Source of the DNA: an uncultured Candidatus Rokubacteria bacterium
GTDB taxonomy: Bacteria; Methylomirabilota; Methylomirabilia; Rokubacteriales; CSP1-6
NCBI GenBank assembly: GCA_963754315.1
Contig: CAVWFS010000003.1
Coordinates: 1-64,000 of the forward strand
Length of the DNA: 64,000 bases
Reading direction: 5' to 3'
A program made the translations under genes and the position numbers. Positions 18,292 to 28,436 of the stretch are shown one piece after another. A model generated the notes under the pieces. That model was not told the origin of the DNA, ran no database searches, and saw nothing but the letters and a program-made list of their open reading frames with translations. How positions within the stretch are numbered: the first letter of the stretch is position 1; each line of letters begins with the position of its first letter.

Positions 18292-19921
18292 CGAGCCTCG
18301 GATCATCAGCCTCCTCGTCCCCGCCGTCGGAGGACAGGGCGGCGGCGTCCTCGCCGAATGGGTGGTGGAGGCCGCTCTGGCCGATGGCTACCTGGTACAG
18401 AGCACTTCGATCCCCGGTGTCGCCCAGCGAACTGGCTCCACGTCGTACTACATGGAGCTCTTCGCGGACGATGACCACAGCAGCGCGCCGACCCCTGTGT
18501 TCTCGCTCTACCCGGTGCCAGGCGACCTCGATGTCCTCCTCGCGCCCGAGTTGCTCGAGGTGGGCCGAGCTATCGAGCTCGGCTTTGCATCGCCCGCCCG
18601 CACCACGATCATCGCCAGCTCCCATCGGCTCTACTCAATCCACGAGAAGATCGTGACCGGTCGAGGGATCTACCCGGCGGAGGATTTGTTGACCGCCGCG
18701 CGCGCCTTTTCACGCACGCTGATCGCCTTCGACGCGCTGGCGCTCGCCCGCGAGCACGGGACTGAAGCCAATGCCGTGCTGCTGGGGGCGCTGGCAGCGA
18801 GCGAGGTGTTGCCCGTGAGCGAGGCCGCCTACCGCAAGGCGATCGAGGCCAAGGGCGTGCAGGTGGCCGCCAATCTCAAAGGGTTCGACGTGGGCCTCGC
18901 GCGAGCCCGGGCCGTCATCGTTGACGGCCTCGACCCTCGTGGCGTCGCTGGCCCCAGTCGCGGGGCCTCCGTCGATCCCCCAGGAGGCTTCGCCGACGAG
19001 GTGTCGGCGCTCCCGGAGCACCTCCACGGCGTAGTCAACGCAGCCCTGGCCCGTCTCATCGACTATCAGGACACCAGGTATGCCCGTCGCTACCTCGCCC
19101 ACCTGGCGCCCTTCGTGGACGGCGACGGGGAACTGGCTCGACTCGTCGCGCGCCGGCTGGCGGTGTGGATGACCTACGAGGACGCCATTCGTGTGGCCCA
19201 GCTCAAGACACGGCTGAGCCGGTTCGAGCGTATTCGCGCTGAGGCTCGTGATCCGGCCGGGGAGATCGTCGTCACCGACTATCTGAAACCCGATCTCGAC
19301 GAGATCTACGGCATCCTGCCGCATCGGCTCGTGGCTCCCTTCGCGCGCTGGGCCGAGCGCCGCTGGCCAGACGGGCGACCCACCCCGGGCCAGCATGTGC
19401 AGACGACGACCATCTCGGGCTATCTGCGGCTCTGGCTCCTCGCTCGGTGTCGGCGCCTGCGCCCGATCTCTCAGCGTGGGCATCATGAGCACGCGCGGAT
19501 GGAGCGCTGGCTGAGCGCCGTCTTGTGCTGCGCGCGACACGATGGGGGACTGGCGCAGGAAGTGGCCGAGGCGGCTCAGCTCGTCAAGGGTTACGGGCGG
19601 GTCCGGCGCCGCCTGGAGATGCTCTTCGACGATCTCATCGGACAGGTCCTGAAAGCGGTCGAGCTCGAGGCGGCCGCTGGTGGCGATTTCGCGGTCGCGC
19701 GGAGGCTCGCACGAGGGTATCGGCTGCGCGTCCTGCAGGGACCGGAGGGCGAAGCGCAGGCGCAAGCGATGGGTGCCGGTGTCCTCCAACGCTTGGAGGC
19801 AGGCGACCGCGCGGGCGGTTGTGTTCTTATGATGGGGGGCCCCGAGATGGCCCCCCAAGCCCCCCAGCGTTCGGAGCGCCCCGGGGGACCCGGGTCGCTC
19901 CTCGACAATCCGCGGACGTGA
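18284..19921 (+). CDS. iorB: Indolepyruvate oxidoreductase beta subunit family (long form)
   Basis: AVGGQGGGVL, SIPGVAQRTGST, NAVLLGAL, WMTYEDAIRVAQLK, LVKGYG. Confidence 0.9.
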   Translation: MPSEPRIISLLVPAVGGQGGGVLAEWVVEAALADGYLVQSTSIPGVAQRTGSTSYYMELFADDDHSSAPTPVFSLYPVPGDLDVLLAPELLEVGRAIELGFASPARTTIIASSHRLYSIHEKIVTGRGIYPAEDLLTAARAFSRTLIAFDALALAREHGTEANAVLLGALAASEVLPVSEAAYRKAIEAKGVQVAANLKGFDVGLARARAVIVDGLDPRGVAGPSRGASVDPPGGFADEVSALPEHLHGVVNAALARLIDYQDTRYARRYLAHLAPFVDGDGELARLVARRLAVWMTYEDAIRVAQLKTRLSRFERIRAEARDPAGEIVVTDYLKPDLDEIYGILPHRLVAPFARWAERRWPDGRPTPGQHVQTTTISGYLRLWLLARCRRLRPISQRGHHEHARMERWLSAVLCCARHDGGLAQEVAEAAQLVKGYGRVRRRLEMLFDDLIGQVLKAVELEAAAGGDFAVARRLARGYRLRVLQGPEGEAQAQAMGAGVLQRLEAGDRAGGCVLMMGGPEMAPQAPQRSERPGGPGSLLDNPRT

Positions 19922-20010
19922 TAGGGGCCCCGAGATTACCCAACCCCCCAGCGTTCGGAGCGGGAGGGGGCTCCTCGCACGTGAGAGTGGGCCTCGAGAT
20001 GGCCCCCCGC
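19832..20010 (+). repeat. Cluster of one full and two degenerate G/C-run two-hairpin repeats
   Basis: atggggggccccgagatggccccccaagccccccagcgttcggagcgccccgggggacccgggtcgctcctcgac (19832-19906); partial copies at 19921 and 19987. Confidence 0.85.
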
Positions 20011-20022
20011 GGGACGCCCCCT

Positions 20023-20616
20023 CTAGGAGAAGCTCGAACGGGTCGTGGCAGAGATGCCGGGCTGAGAGTTCGGCGTGGACCGCGGGCCGATCCACTGTTT
20101 CGTGTTGAGGGTCGTTCCGGGCCGAGCTTCGGCGCCGCGGAAGAAGGCCGACCAAAATGGGCGGCCCGTCCGTTTCCTATCGACCGATCCGAGCAGAGCG
20201 GGGGCCGAGAAGCGGTAGCGTGCGCGGTACGTGAAGCTGTAGAAGGCCCAGATGCTGTACGGCGTGAGCTTTCCGTTGAAGGCGATGTCGAGGGCGAGGT
20301 GCATGAGCCCGCCAAGCAGGTATCCCGCCAGAACGGGAATCTCCCACCACCACGCGAGCGCAGCCAGAACCGCAAACAGCTCGTACGAGTGCAGCACGAG
20401 CACTGCGCGCTGCACCTGTCCCTCGAGATAGTAGCGGAGGAACGCGGATGGGCGCAGGTCGCGCTGCCTGTCGACGAAAACGTAGTCGAGGGCGTGGTCC
20501 ACGTCGATGAGAAAACCGCCCGCGGCCATACCCACGGTCAACGGTAAGGATTCAGTGACGACAGCGGTTGCGCCGCACGCGGCGAGGGTGGTGACCAGAT
20601 GTCCTCCCGGACTCAT
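20023..20616 (-). CDS. Membrane protein, YdjM-like metal-dependent hydrolase motif set
   Basis: MSPGGH, GFLIDVDH, LHSYE, MHLALD; GGAGG RBS. Confidence 0.7.
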   Translation of the reverse strand: MSPGGHLVTTLAACGATAVVTESLPLTVGMAAGGFLIDVDHALDYVFVDRQRDLRPSAFLRYYLEGQVQRAVLVLHSYELFAVLAALAWWWEIPVLAGYLLGGLMHLALDIAFNGKLTPYSIWAFYSFTYRARYRFSAPALLGSVDRKRTGRPFWSAFFRGAEARPGTTLNTKQWIGPRSTPNSQPGISATTRSSFS

Positions 20617-20783
20617 ACGACCTCCACGGTTCCGAGTCATCGCAAACCTCATGCCGACCCGGATTGACTGCAAATCCTCGTGATGAGGGTTTCCGTACCG
20701 CCGTCGAGACCGGCCAGCACGCGCTTTTCTGACGCTCCAGGGACAATTTCGGCCGTGGTGTGTCCGATGGCCGCCGTCGCGCG

Positions 20784-20792
20784 TGGTATACT
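20784..20792 (+). promoter_or_regulatory. Extended -10 promoter candidate for nuo operon 1
   Basis: TGGTATACT about 35 nt upstream of nuoA. Confidence 0.45.
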
Positions 20793-20825
20793 CCGTCATC
20801 GGGTGAGATCCTCTGGAGGCGCCGC

Positions 20826-21179
20826 TTGTCTGGCTACGTGGCCGTCCTGATCTTCGCCGTCATGATCGTGGCCTTCGCGGTGGTGTCGCTGACCATGGCC
20901 CGCTTGCTCCGTCCTGCGCGGCCTGATCCGGTCAAGAGCATGAACTACGAATGTGGAGCCGAGCCCATCGGGCCGGCGTGGGTTCAGTTCCCGGTGGGTT
21001 TCTATCTGGTGGCCCTGGTGTTCATCGTGTTCGACGCGCTGGCCGTCTTTCTCTTCCCGTGGAGCGTCGTGTTGCGCGAGGCGGGACTGACCGCCTTCTG
21101 GACGATGGCCGCCTTCGTCGGCATCATCGGGCTGGGCTGGCTCTACGCGTATCGCGAGGGCGTCCTCGAGTGGAAGTGA
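20826..21179 (+). CDS. nuoA: Complex I-like subunit A (operon 1)
   Basis: YECG loop, [18 protein letters not shown] end; TTG start after GGAGG. Confidence 0.93.
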   Translation: MSGYVAVLIFAVMIVAFAVVSLTMARLLRPARPDPVKSMNYECGAEPIGPAWVQFPVGFYLVALVFIVFDALAVFLFPWSVVLREAGLTAFWTMAAFVGIIGLGWLYAYREGVLEWK

Positions 21180-21805
21180 AGCGGCCCCTGCCCCAGATCC
21201 CCTCGCCTGTGTGGAGCGAGGTCAAGGATCTTCAGGAGTGGGAGAAGTATCACCAGGCGCGCGCCGACAACGACAAGACCAGCGAGGCCCTCGCCAGTAT
21301 CGCCGACGCGATCCACCACATGCCGGGGGGCTGGATCGTGACGACCTCGACCGACAAGATCTTCAACTGGGCGCGCAAGTCATCGATTTGGCCGGTGACG
21401 TTCGGTCTCGCCTGCTGCGCCATCGAGATGATGGCCACGTTCGCCTCGCGCTTCGACGTCGAGCGCTTCGGGATGGTGCCGTGGGCCTCACCCCGCCACT
21501 CAGATCTGATGATCGTTTCTGGCACCGTGACCATCAAGATGGCGCCCATGCTCAAGCGAATCTACGACCAGATGCCCGATCCCAAATGGGTCGTCTCGAT
21601 GGGCTCCTGCGCGAACTCGGGTGGACCCTTTCGGCACGGGTATCACGTCGTGAAGGGCGTGGACCGCGTGGTGCCGGTCGACGTCTACGTGCCGGGTTGC
21701 CCACCCACGCCCGATTCCCTCATGTTCGGCTTGCTCAAGCTCCAGGAGAAGGTGGCCGAGTTCCAGAACACCGGTACGCGTCCCGCCCCGGCACCAGAAG
21801 GCTAG
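21176..21805 (+). CDS. nuoB: Complex I-like subunit B (operon 1)
   Basis: [25 protein letters not shown]. Confidence 0.95.
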   Translation: MKRPLPQIPSPVWSEVKDLQEWEKYHQARADNDKTSEALASIADAIHHMPGGWIVTTSTDKIFNWARKSSIWPVTFGLACCAIEMMATFASRFDVERFGMVPWASPRHSDLMIVSGTVTIKMAPMLKRIYDQMPDPKWVVSMGSCANSGGPFRHGYHVVKGVDRVVPVDVYVPGCPPTPDSLMFGLLKLQEKVAEFQNTGTRPAPAPEG

Positions 21806-21809
21806 CGGG

Positions 21810-22262
21810 GTGACCGCCGCCCAGGCCAGCGAGATCATCCGGGAGCACTGTGGGGTGGAGCCCACACTCGAGGGTGGGCTCCTCACGATGCGGATTCCCG
21901 TCGACAGCTGGCAGGCCGCCGCCCGCACCCTCAGAGACCGGGTCGGCTGCCGCTACTTCAACTGGCTGAGCGCGGTGGACTGGAAGGACAAGGGGCTCGA
22001 AGTCGTGTGCCGTCTCGAGAACCTCGACGATGGACTCGCCGTCATGCTCCGTTGCCAGCTGTCCGCGGGCCAGTCGCACTGCCCGACCTTGAGTACACTC
22101 TTTCGGGGCGCCGACTGGATGGAACGCGAATGTTTTGACCTGCTCGGGGTGACCTTCGATGGCCATCCCGATCTGCGACGCATCCTGCTCAGCGAGGACT
22201 GGGAAGGGCACCCGCTGCGCAAGGACTATGCGGTTGACATGCCCTTCACCCCCTATCGTTGA
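21810..22262 (+). CDS. nuoC: Complex I-like subunit C (operon 1)
   Basis: [32 protein letters not shown]. Confidence 0.95.
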   Translation: MTAAQASEIIREHCGVEPTLEGGLLTMRIPVDSWQAAARTLRDRVGCRYFNWLSAVDWKDKGLEVVCRLENLDDGLAVMLRCQLSAGQSHCPTLSTLFRGADWMERECFDLLGVTFDGHPDLRRILLSEDWEGHPLRKDYAVDMPFTPYR

Positions 22263-22296
22263 GGTGATCTCCTCGCGCCCCAAAGGAGCCGACGCA

Positions 22297-22933
22297 ATGA
22301 TCCACGAGCTACGCACGTATACGCTGGTGCCCGGATCGCAGCCGCAGTACCTCAAGCTCAACGCGGAGGTCGGTCGCCCGACCCGGGGCGACAAGTACGG
22401 CAAGCTGGAGGGGGCCTGGACGACCGAGTTCGGGACATTGAACCAGTACGTCCACCTGTGGAGCTATCCCGACCTCGTCGAGCGCGATCGCCTGCGCGGC
22501 GAACTGGCCAAGAACGAGGCGTGGAGCAAGGGCTACGTCACGCAGATCCGCCCGTTCATTCTCGCTCAGGAGAACAAGGTCCTCTCCGCCGTGCTGCCCC
22601 TGCAGGCGCCCATGGGTCGGCAGCCATATCTACGAGTTGCGCTGGTATCGGACCCACACCGGAAGGGCGGGTGAGTGGCTCGGGCACTTCAAGGCCATCA
22701 TGCCGACCCGTGAGAAGTACTCGAAGCGCGTGGGTCTCTGGCAGACCGAGATGGGGCAGCTCAACGAGGTCGTGCACTTGTGGGCCTACCCCGATCTGAA
22801 CGAGCGCGCCAGCGTGCGTGCCAAGCTCGCTCAAGATCCCGAGTGGCAGGCGTTCCTCGGCAAGGCCGTGCCCCTGCTCGCTCACATGCAATCCGTCATC
22901 CTCACTCCCACCACGGTCTCACCGATGAAGTAA
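22297..22933 (+). CDS. Two-domain NIPSNAP family protein (frameshift near 22615)
   Basis: MIHELRTYTL...FGTLNQYVHLWSY and IYELRWY...MGQLNEVVHLWAY...SPMK; AAGGAG RBS. Confidence 0.85.
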
Positions 22934-22937
22934 CGGC

Positions 22938-24101
22938 ATGGCCGTCAACGGCGCGCGCACGGTCGTCGAGGTCGGATACGGGGGCAACGAGCGCCTCATG
23001 ATGAACATGGGGCCTCAGCACCCGTCCGCCCACGGCGTCTTCCGCGCCATCCTGACCCTGGAGGGCGAGACGGTGGTCGCCGTCGACGCCGTCATCGGCT
23101 ATCTGCATCGCTGCCACGAGAAGCTCGCGGAAACGTTGACCTACGTGCAGTACCCGAGCATCGCGTCCAAGACCGACTACGTGGCGGCCATGACCGCCGA
23201 GCTGGCCTACGTCTCCGCCGTGGAGAAAGTGGGTTCCATCGAGGTGCCGACGCGTGCCCAGTGGCTCCGGGTCATCGTGGCCGAGCTGCAGCGAATCGCT
23301 TCACACTGCCTGTGGCTTGGGACATGGTGCATGGACATGGGGGGCGCCCTCGGAGGGGGCGCCACCATCTTTCTCTACTGTCTGCGTGAGCGTGAAGCCA
23401 TTCTCGATCTCTTCGAGTCCCTGACCGGTGCCCGCCTTCTCTACGGATTTCATCAGATCGGCGGGGTGCGGTACGACATCCCCGCCGGGTGGGCGGCCCA
23501 CGTGCGCCAGACGGTCGCTCACATCGAGCAGCGCCTCGACGAGTACGAGGCGTTGCTCGAGGGTAACGCCTTCTTCGAGGCGCGCACCCGCCGCGTCGGC
23601 GTCATCTCGCGAGAGCTGGCCCTGGAGGTCGGGATCGCCGGACCCCTGCTGCGTGGATCGGGGGTGGCCTTCGACGTGCGAAGGGCGGAGCCCTACTCCT
23701 CCTACGAGAACTTCGATTTCAAGGTGCCAGTCGAGACGGCAGGGGATTGCTACGCGCGCTACCGGGTGAGGATGGTCGAGTTCCGCCAGTCGATCGCCAT
23801 CGTCCGCCAGGCGCTCGACGGGTTGCCGGACGGTGCCATCTCGTCGCGCCCGGGTGTGAAATCGGTTGGGCAGGTGAGAATCGCCAAGGGTGAAGGGTAC
23901 GCGCGGGTCGAAGGGGCCCGGGGCGAGGTGGGCTGCTATCTCGTGTCCGATGGGGGGCCGAAGCCCTATCGCCTGAAGTGGCGGGGAGCCTCCTTCTCGA
24001 ATCTCTCCGTTCTTCCCCACATCATCCCCGGTCACAAGGTGGCCGACGTGGTCGCCATCATGGGCTCGGTGGATCCCGTGTTTGGTGAGGTGGACCGGTG
24101 A
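22938..24101 (+). CDS. nuoD: Complex I-like subunit D (operon 1)
   Basis: NMGPQHPSAHGVFR, GYLHR, C-terminal GEVDR; no NiFe CxxC motifs. Confidence 0.95.
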   Translation: MAVNGARTVVEVGYGGNERLMMNMGPQHPSAHGVFRAILTLEGETVVAVDAVIGYLHRCHEKLAETLTYVQYPSIASKTDYVAAMTAELAYVSAVEKVGSIEVPTRAQWLRVIVAELQRIASHCLWLGTWCMDMGGALGGGATIFLYCLREREAILDLFESLTGARLLYGFHQIGGVRYDIPAGWAAHVRQTVAHIEQRLDEYEALLEGNAFFEARTRRVGVISRELALEVGIAGPLLRGSGVAFDVRRAEPYSSYENFDFKVPVETAGDCYARYRVRMVEFRQSIAIVRQALDGLPDGAISSRPGVKSVGQVRIAKGEGYARVEGARGEVGCYLVSDGGPKPYRLKWRGASFSNLSVLPHIIPGHKVADVVAIMGSVDPVFGEVDR

Positions 24102-25075
24102 CGTTGGTCACCTCGACGGTGGCCGCCTTCATCCTGCTCAACGCCGTCATCCTCATGGTGACCTACGTGACCCTGCTCGAGCGCAAGTTCGCCGCCCGCA
24201 TGCAGTCGCGCATCGGTCCCTACTACGTCGGACCGCGTGGCCTCCTGCAACCCATCGCCGACGCCCTGAAGCTCATGATGAAGGAGGATGTCGTCCCCAC
24301 CGCGGCCGATCGTCCGGTTTACAACCTCGCGCCCATCGTCTTCTTGGTGCCGTGCATGCTGATCTTCGCCACCATCCCCTTCGCCCCTGGGCTCGGCCTG
24401 GCCGACCTCAACATCGGGGTCCTGTTCTTCCTGGCCATCTCGTCGCTGGAGATCATCGGCCTGTTCATGGGGGGATGGGGTTCGAACAACAAGTACGCCC
24501 TGCTGTCGGCCATGCGGGCGGTGAACCAGATCATCTCGTACGATCTGCCCCTCATCTTCGCTGCCCTCGTCCCGGTGGTGCTGGCGGGGTCCATGCAAAT
24601 GTCCGCCATCGTCGGGGCCCAGCAGGGACTGTGGTTCGTGGCGTATCCGGTCTTCGGCCAGCTGGCCTTCCTCGCGTTCCTGGTGGCGACCCTGGCCGCC
24701 GAGAACCGTGTGCCCTTCGACATCTTGGAGGCGGAGTCGGAGCTGGTGGCGGGCTTCCGGGTGGAGTACAGCGGCATGAAGTTCGCCCTCATCCAGCTCG
24801 GAGAGTATGCCCACATGATCGGCTCGTCCTTTCTGGGCGCGCTGCTGTTCCTGGGCGGCTGGCTGGGTCCGGGCCCCGAGTGGCTGGGGCCGCTCTGGTT
24901 CATGCTGAAGGCCGCGGCCATCTTCCTGCTCGTGACCTGGGTGCGTTGGAGCTTCGTCCGCATTCGCGTGGACCAGATCCTTGCGGTCTCCTGGAAGCTC
25001 CTGATGCCGGCCACCTTGCTCATCCTGTTCGGCGCTGGCTTCTGGGTCGCGTGGCGAGGGAGCGCCGGTGTCTGA
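24098..25075 (+). CDS. nuoH: Complex I-like subunit H (operon 1)
   Basis: ERK..ARMQSRIGP, GLLQPIADALKL, PFDILEAESELVAG. Confidence 0.95.
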   Translation: MTLVTSTVAAFILLNAVILMVTYVTLLERKFAARMQSRIGPYYVGPRGLLQPIADALKLMMKEDVVPTAADRPVYNLAPIVFLVPCMLIFATIPFAPGLGLADLNIGVLFFLAISSLEIIGLFMGGWGSNNKYALLSAMRAVNQIISYDLPLIFAALVPVVLAGSMQMSAIVGAQQGLWFVAYPVFGQLAFLAFLVATLAAENRVPFDILEAESELVAGFRVEYSGMKFALIQLGEYAHMIGSSFLGALLFLGGWLGPGPEWLGPLWFMLKAAAIFLLVTWVRWSFVRIRVDQILAVSWKLLMPATLLILFGAGFWVAWRGSAGV

Positions 25076-25631
25076 CGGCAAGGGGCTCTTGGCGGAGACG
25101 GCGCAGCTCGTGGGCGCGGTGGGACGCGCCATGGGCATGACGCTCAAGAACTTCCTCCGTAAGCCCGTGACCGTCCGCTATCCCGATGTGCCCCGCACCT
25201 ATCCGGACCGCTTCCGCGGGGTCCTCGCGCTCACCTACGATCCCGAGACGGGCGAGGAGAACTGCATCGGCTGCCGGCTCTGCGAGTACGTCTGCCCGCC
25301 CCAGGTGATCAAGGTCGAGATGCTGAAGGCGGAGAAGCGGAACTTCGCCAAGACGTTCACGCTCGAGCTCTACGCCTGCGAGTTCTGTGAGCTGTGCGTC
25401 CAGGTCTGCCCGACCGACGCCATCATCATGATGAAGTCGTTCGATCTGGCCACGGGCGACCGGCGCGAGCTCCTCCTCGACAAGGACCGGTTGCACGCCA
25501 TCGGGCTTCAGTTCGAACCCTCGTGGGCAACTGGGAACCGGCTGCGCGACATGCAGGCACCGCCGAAAGCCGCCAAGGGAAAAGGGGAAGGCGAAAGGGG
25601 CAAAGGAGAGGCGAAGGAGTCGAGCGAGTGA
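25068..25631 (+). CDS. nuoI: Complex I-like subunit I (operon 1)
   Basis: CIGCRLCEYVCP and CEFCELCVQVCP 4Fe-4S motifs. Confidence 0.95.
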   Translation: MSDGKGLLAETAQLVGAVGRAMGMTLKNFLRKPVTVRYPDVPRTYPDRFRGVLALTYDPETGEENCIGCRLCEYVCPPQVIKVEMLKAEKRNFAKTFTLELYACEFCELCVQVCPTDAIIMMKSFDLATGDRRELLLDKDRLHAIGLQFEPSWATGNRLRDMQAPPKAAKGKGEGERGKGEAKESSE

Positions 25632-26122
25632 CGGGCGAGGTCCTGGGGTTCTGGGCAGTGGCCCTGGTGCTGCTCGCCGCCAGCCTCGGCGTTGTGCTGG
25701 CCCGCAATCTCTTCCACGCCGTCCTGTACTTGACGGCGTTCCTCGTCGCCACCGCCGTCGAGTTCCTCCTCCTGCACTCGGCCTTTCTCTTCGCCGTCCA
25801 GCTCCTGCTCTACGCGGGCGGCGTGGTGACTATTGTGGTGTTTGCCATCATGCTGACCGCGCGCCTGGTGGGCGAGACACTGACCCAGACCAATCGTTAC
25901 ATCGTCAACGGCGCCGTGGTGTCGGCCGCCGTGTTCGTGGCCATCGTGGGTTTCCTTCTGCAAGTGCCGAAGGGTGGGGCCTTCCCCGGGCCCGCCCCCG
26001 ACCCAACGGCCGCCGTCGGTCACGCGCTGCTCGGCCCGTTCGCGCTGTCCCTGATTCTGCTCGCGGTGCTCCTGGTCGCCGCCCTCATCGGCGCCCTCTA
26101 CTTCGCCCGCGCCGACGACTAG
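25628..26122 (+). CDS. nuoJ: Complex I-like subunit J (operon 1)
   Basis: QLLLYAGGV..FAIML; operon position. Confidence 0.92.
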   Translation: MTGEVLGFWAVALVLLAASLGVVLARNLFHAVLYLTAFLVATAVEFLLLHSAFLFAVQLLLYAGGVVTIVVFAIMLTARLVGETLTQTNRYIVNGAVVSAAVFVAIVGFLLQVPKGGAFPGPAPDPTAAVGHALLGPFALSLILLAVLLVAALIGALYFARADD

Positions 26123-26125
26123 CCC

Positions 26126-26425
26126 ATGCCGCTCCACGCCTACCTCGTGCTGGCTGGGCTCGTGTTCGCCATCGGCCTCTTCGGCGTGCTCACTCGGCGT
26201 AACGCCATCGGGATCCTGCTCGGGATCGAGTTGATGCTGAACGCGGTCAACATCAACCTGGTTGCGTTTGCTCGCTTTCACGGCGACGTGGCCGGGCTGG
26301 TGTTCGCGCTCATCACCATCGCCATCACCGTGGCCGAAGTCGCGGTCGGGCTCGCCATCGTCATCATGATCTTCCGCGTTCGGCGTACCGTCGAGGCCGA
26401 TCACCTCGACCTTCTGCGGGGCTGA
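26126..26425 (+). CDS. nuoK: Complex I-like subunit K (operon 1)
   Basis: [15 protein letters not shown]. Confidence 0.95.
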   Translation: MPLHAYLVLAGLVFAIGLFGVLTRRNAIGILLGIELMLNAVNINLVAFARFHGDVAGLVFALITIAITVAEVAVGLAIVIMIFRVRRTVEADHLDLLRG

Positions 26426-26485
26426 TCGGACAGGTGAACACATTGACCTGCGGGCTGACTGGAGCTCGGGGCGAGCGGCGACTCG

Positions 26486-26602
26486 CCCGACGTTCCTTCG
26501 AAACGCGGTGGGGGGTGTCGGGGAGGAGCGGCCGCCGCCCCCGACGTTCCTTCGAAAAGCGGTGGGGGGTGTCGGGGAGGAGCGGCGCACGCTCCCCCCG
26601 AC
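26486..26602 (-). repeat. About two 54-bp tandem units between nuoK and nuoL; inverted relative of the repeat at 62065
   Basis: cccgacgttccttcgaaa.gcggtggggggtgtcggggaggagcgg at 26486 and 26540. Confidence 0.9.
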
Positions 26603-26615
26603 GATAAACAAAACA

Positions 26616-28436
26616 ATGCGAGTGCTCGTCTGGCTCCCCTTGGCGATTCTCGGGCTGCCCTTCGCTTCCTTTGTGATTCTCGCCCTCGTGCCCCCGCTGC
26701 GGCGGGCTGGTCGCGCGGCGGGCATGCTGAGCATGGTGGCCACGGGGCTGGCGCTGGCCGGAGCGTTCGTCATGTGGTGGGAGGGCTTCAACAGTGTGGC
26801 CATGTGGAGCTGGCTCCCCGGCGACGGCGGGCCCATGGCCAGTGTGGGCATCATGGTGGACCCGCTGTCGCGGACGATGCTGGTGCTGGTGGCCCTGGTG
26901 TCTCTGCTGGTCCAGATCTATTCGCTAGGGTACCTCGCTGATGAGCCCGCCCCCTCTCTCGGACGGTACTACGCGTACCAATCGCTGTTCGCTTTCTCGA
27001 TGCTGGGCCTCGTCCTCTCACCCACGTTCCTTCAGATGTTCGTGTTCTGGGAGCTGGTCGGTCTCTGCTCGTACCTGCTCATCGGTTTCTGGTACGACCG
27101 TCCGGCCGCGGCCCGGGCCGCCCTCAAGGCGTTCTGGATCACCAAGCTCGGTGACCTCGGCTTCATCGTGGGGATCGTGATGCTGTGGGCTGCCACCGGC
27201 ACCTTCGAGTTTCCCGCGCTCTTACGGATGGCGCAGGAAGGCACGATCCCGCTCGACGGCCTCGGCGTCATCATGTTCTTGATCTACCTGGGGGCAGTGG
27301 GAAAGTCCGCCCAGTTCCCCCTCCACGTGTGGTTGCCCGACGCGATGGAGGGGCCAACGCCGGTGTCCGCTCTCATCCACGCCGCCACCATGGTCACAGC
27401 CGGCGTCTTCATGGTGACCCGCGCCCACGCGCTGTTCGCGCTCGTGCCCGAGATGCTCAGCCTCATCGCATGGGTGGGGGCGTTCACCGCGTTGCTGGCG
27501 GCGACCATGGCCTGCGTGGAAGGCGACATCAAGCGGGTGCTTGCGTACTCGACGGTCTCCCAGCTCGGCTACATGATGGCGGCCGCGGGAGCCGAAGCGC
27601 CAGCGGCCGGCTTTCTCCATCTGCTCACCCACGGCATCTTCAAGGCCTTGCTCTTCCTCGGGGCGGGCGCCGTCATTCATGCCGTGGGCACCAACGACAT
27701 CTTCCGGATGGGCGGGTTGCTGCGGGCCATGCCCCAGACCGGGATCGTCTTCATCGGGGGCACGTTGGCCCTGGCTGGGGTTCCTCCGTTGTCGGGCTTC
27801 TTCTCCAAGGAAGCCGTCCTGGGGGGGGTGTGGGAAAAGCATCCCGGTCTGCCCTTCGCCATGCTGGCCCTGACCGCCTTCCTCACGGCGTTCTACATGT
27901 TCCGGGTGATCTTCCTGGTCTTCTTCGGCCACCGTCACGTGGGCGGGCATCCGCACGATCCGCCCGCCTCCATGCGCATTCCACTGTGGATTCTCCTCGT
28001 GCTGACGGTCGTCACCGGCGTCCAACTCGGGTTGGGGGGGGACGGGCACCATGGCCCCGGCTGGCTCATGCCGCTGTCCATCGCGCTTGCCCTCGGCGGG
28101 ATCCTCCTGGCCTGGCTCACGTATCAACGTCGTGCCATCGACCCGGCGCGGTTGGCCGCCGCGCTTGGACCCCTGGACTTCCTGGCGCGGCATCGATACG
28201 GGATCGACGCGCTCTACGTCGGGCTCTATCGCGGGTTCCTGCTGGTCTTCTCGCGATTGATCGGGTGGATCGATCGCTACCTGGTTGACGGCGTGCTCAA
28301 TGTCTTGAGCGCCTGGTGCCTGCGGGCAGGGGATCGCCTCCGCCAGCTGCAGACCGGGCAGCCGCAGGACTACGTGTACGGGGTAGCCTTCGGTGTCCTG
28401 CTCATCGTGGTCTGGGTCCAGTGGTGGCAGCGATGA
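26616..28436 (+). CDS. nuoL: Complex I-like subunit L (operon 1)
   Basis: WELVGLCSYLLIGFW, GKSAQFPLHVWLPDAMEGPTPVSALIHAATM. Confidence 0.95.
   Translation: MRVLVWLPLAILGLPFASFVILALVPPLRRAGRAAGMLSMVATGLALAGAFVMWWEGFNSVAMWSWLPGDGGPMASVGIMVDPLSRTMLVLVALVSLLVQIYSLGYLADEPAPSLGRYYAYQSLFAFSMLGLVLSPTFLQMFVFWELVGLCSYLLIGFWYDRPAAARAALKAFWITKLGDLGFIVGIVMLWAATGTFEFPALLRMAQEGTIPLDGLGVIMFLIYLGAVGKSAQFPLHVWLPDAMEGPTPVSALIHAATMVTAGVFMVTRAHALFALVPEMLSLIAWVGAFTALLAATMACVEGDIKRVLAYSTVSQLGYMMAAAGAEAPAAGFLHLLTHGIFKALLFLGAGAVIHAVGTNDIFRMGGLLRAMPQTGIVFIGGTLALAGVPPLSGFFSKEAVLGGVWEKHPGLPFAMLALTAFLTAFYMFRVIFLVFFGHRHVGGHPHDPPASMRIPLWILLVLTVVTGVQLGLGGDGHHGPGWLMPLSIALALGGILLAWLTYQRRAIDPARLAAALGPLDFLARHRYGIDALYVGLYRGFLLVFSRLIGWIDRYLVDGVLNVLSAWCLRAGDRLRQLQTGQPQDYVYGVAFGVLLIVVWVQWWQR

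Noticed and set aside
22938..24101. Group 4 NiFe hydrogenase large subunit
   Set aside because: No N- or C-terminal CxxC; ends in GEVDR like NuoD.
26508..26615. N-terminal extension of NuoL in the ORF track
   Set aside because: It is translated repeat DNA; ATG 26616 gives a normal NuoL start.
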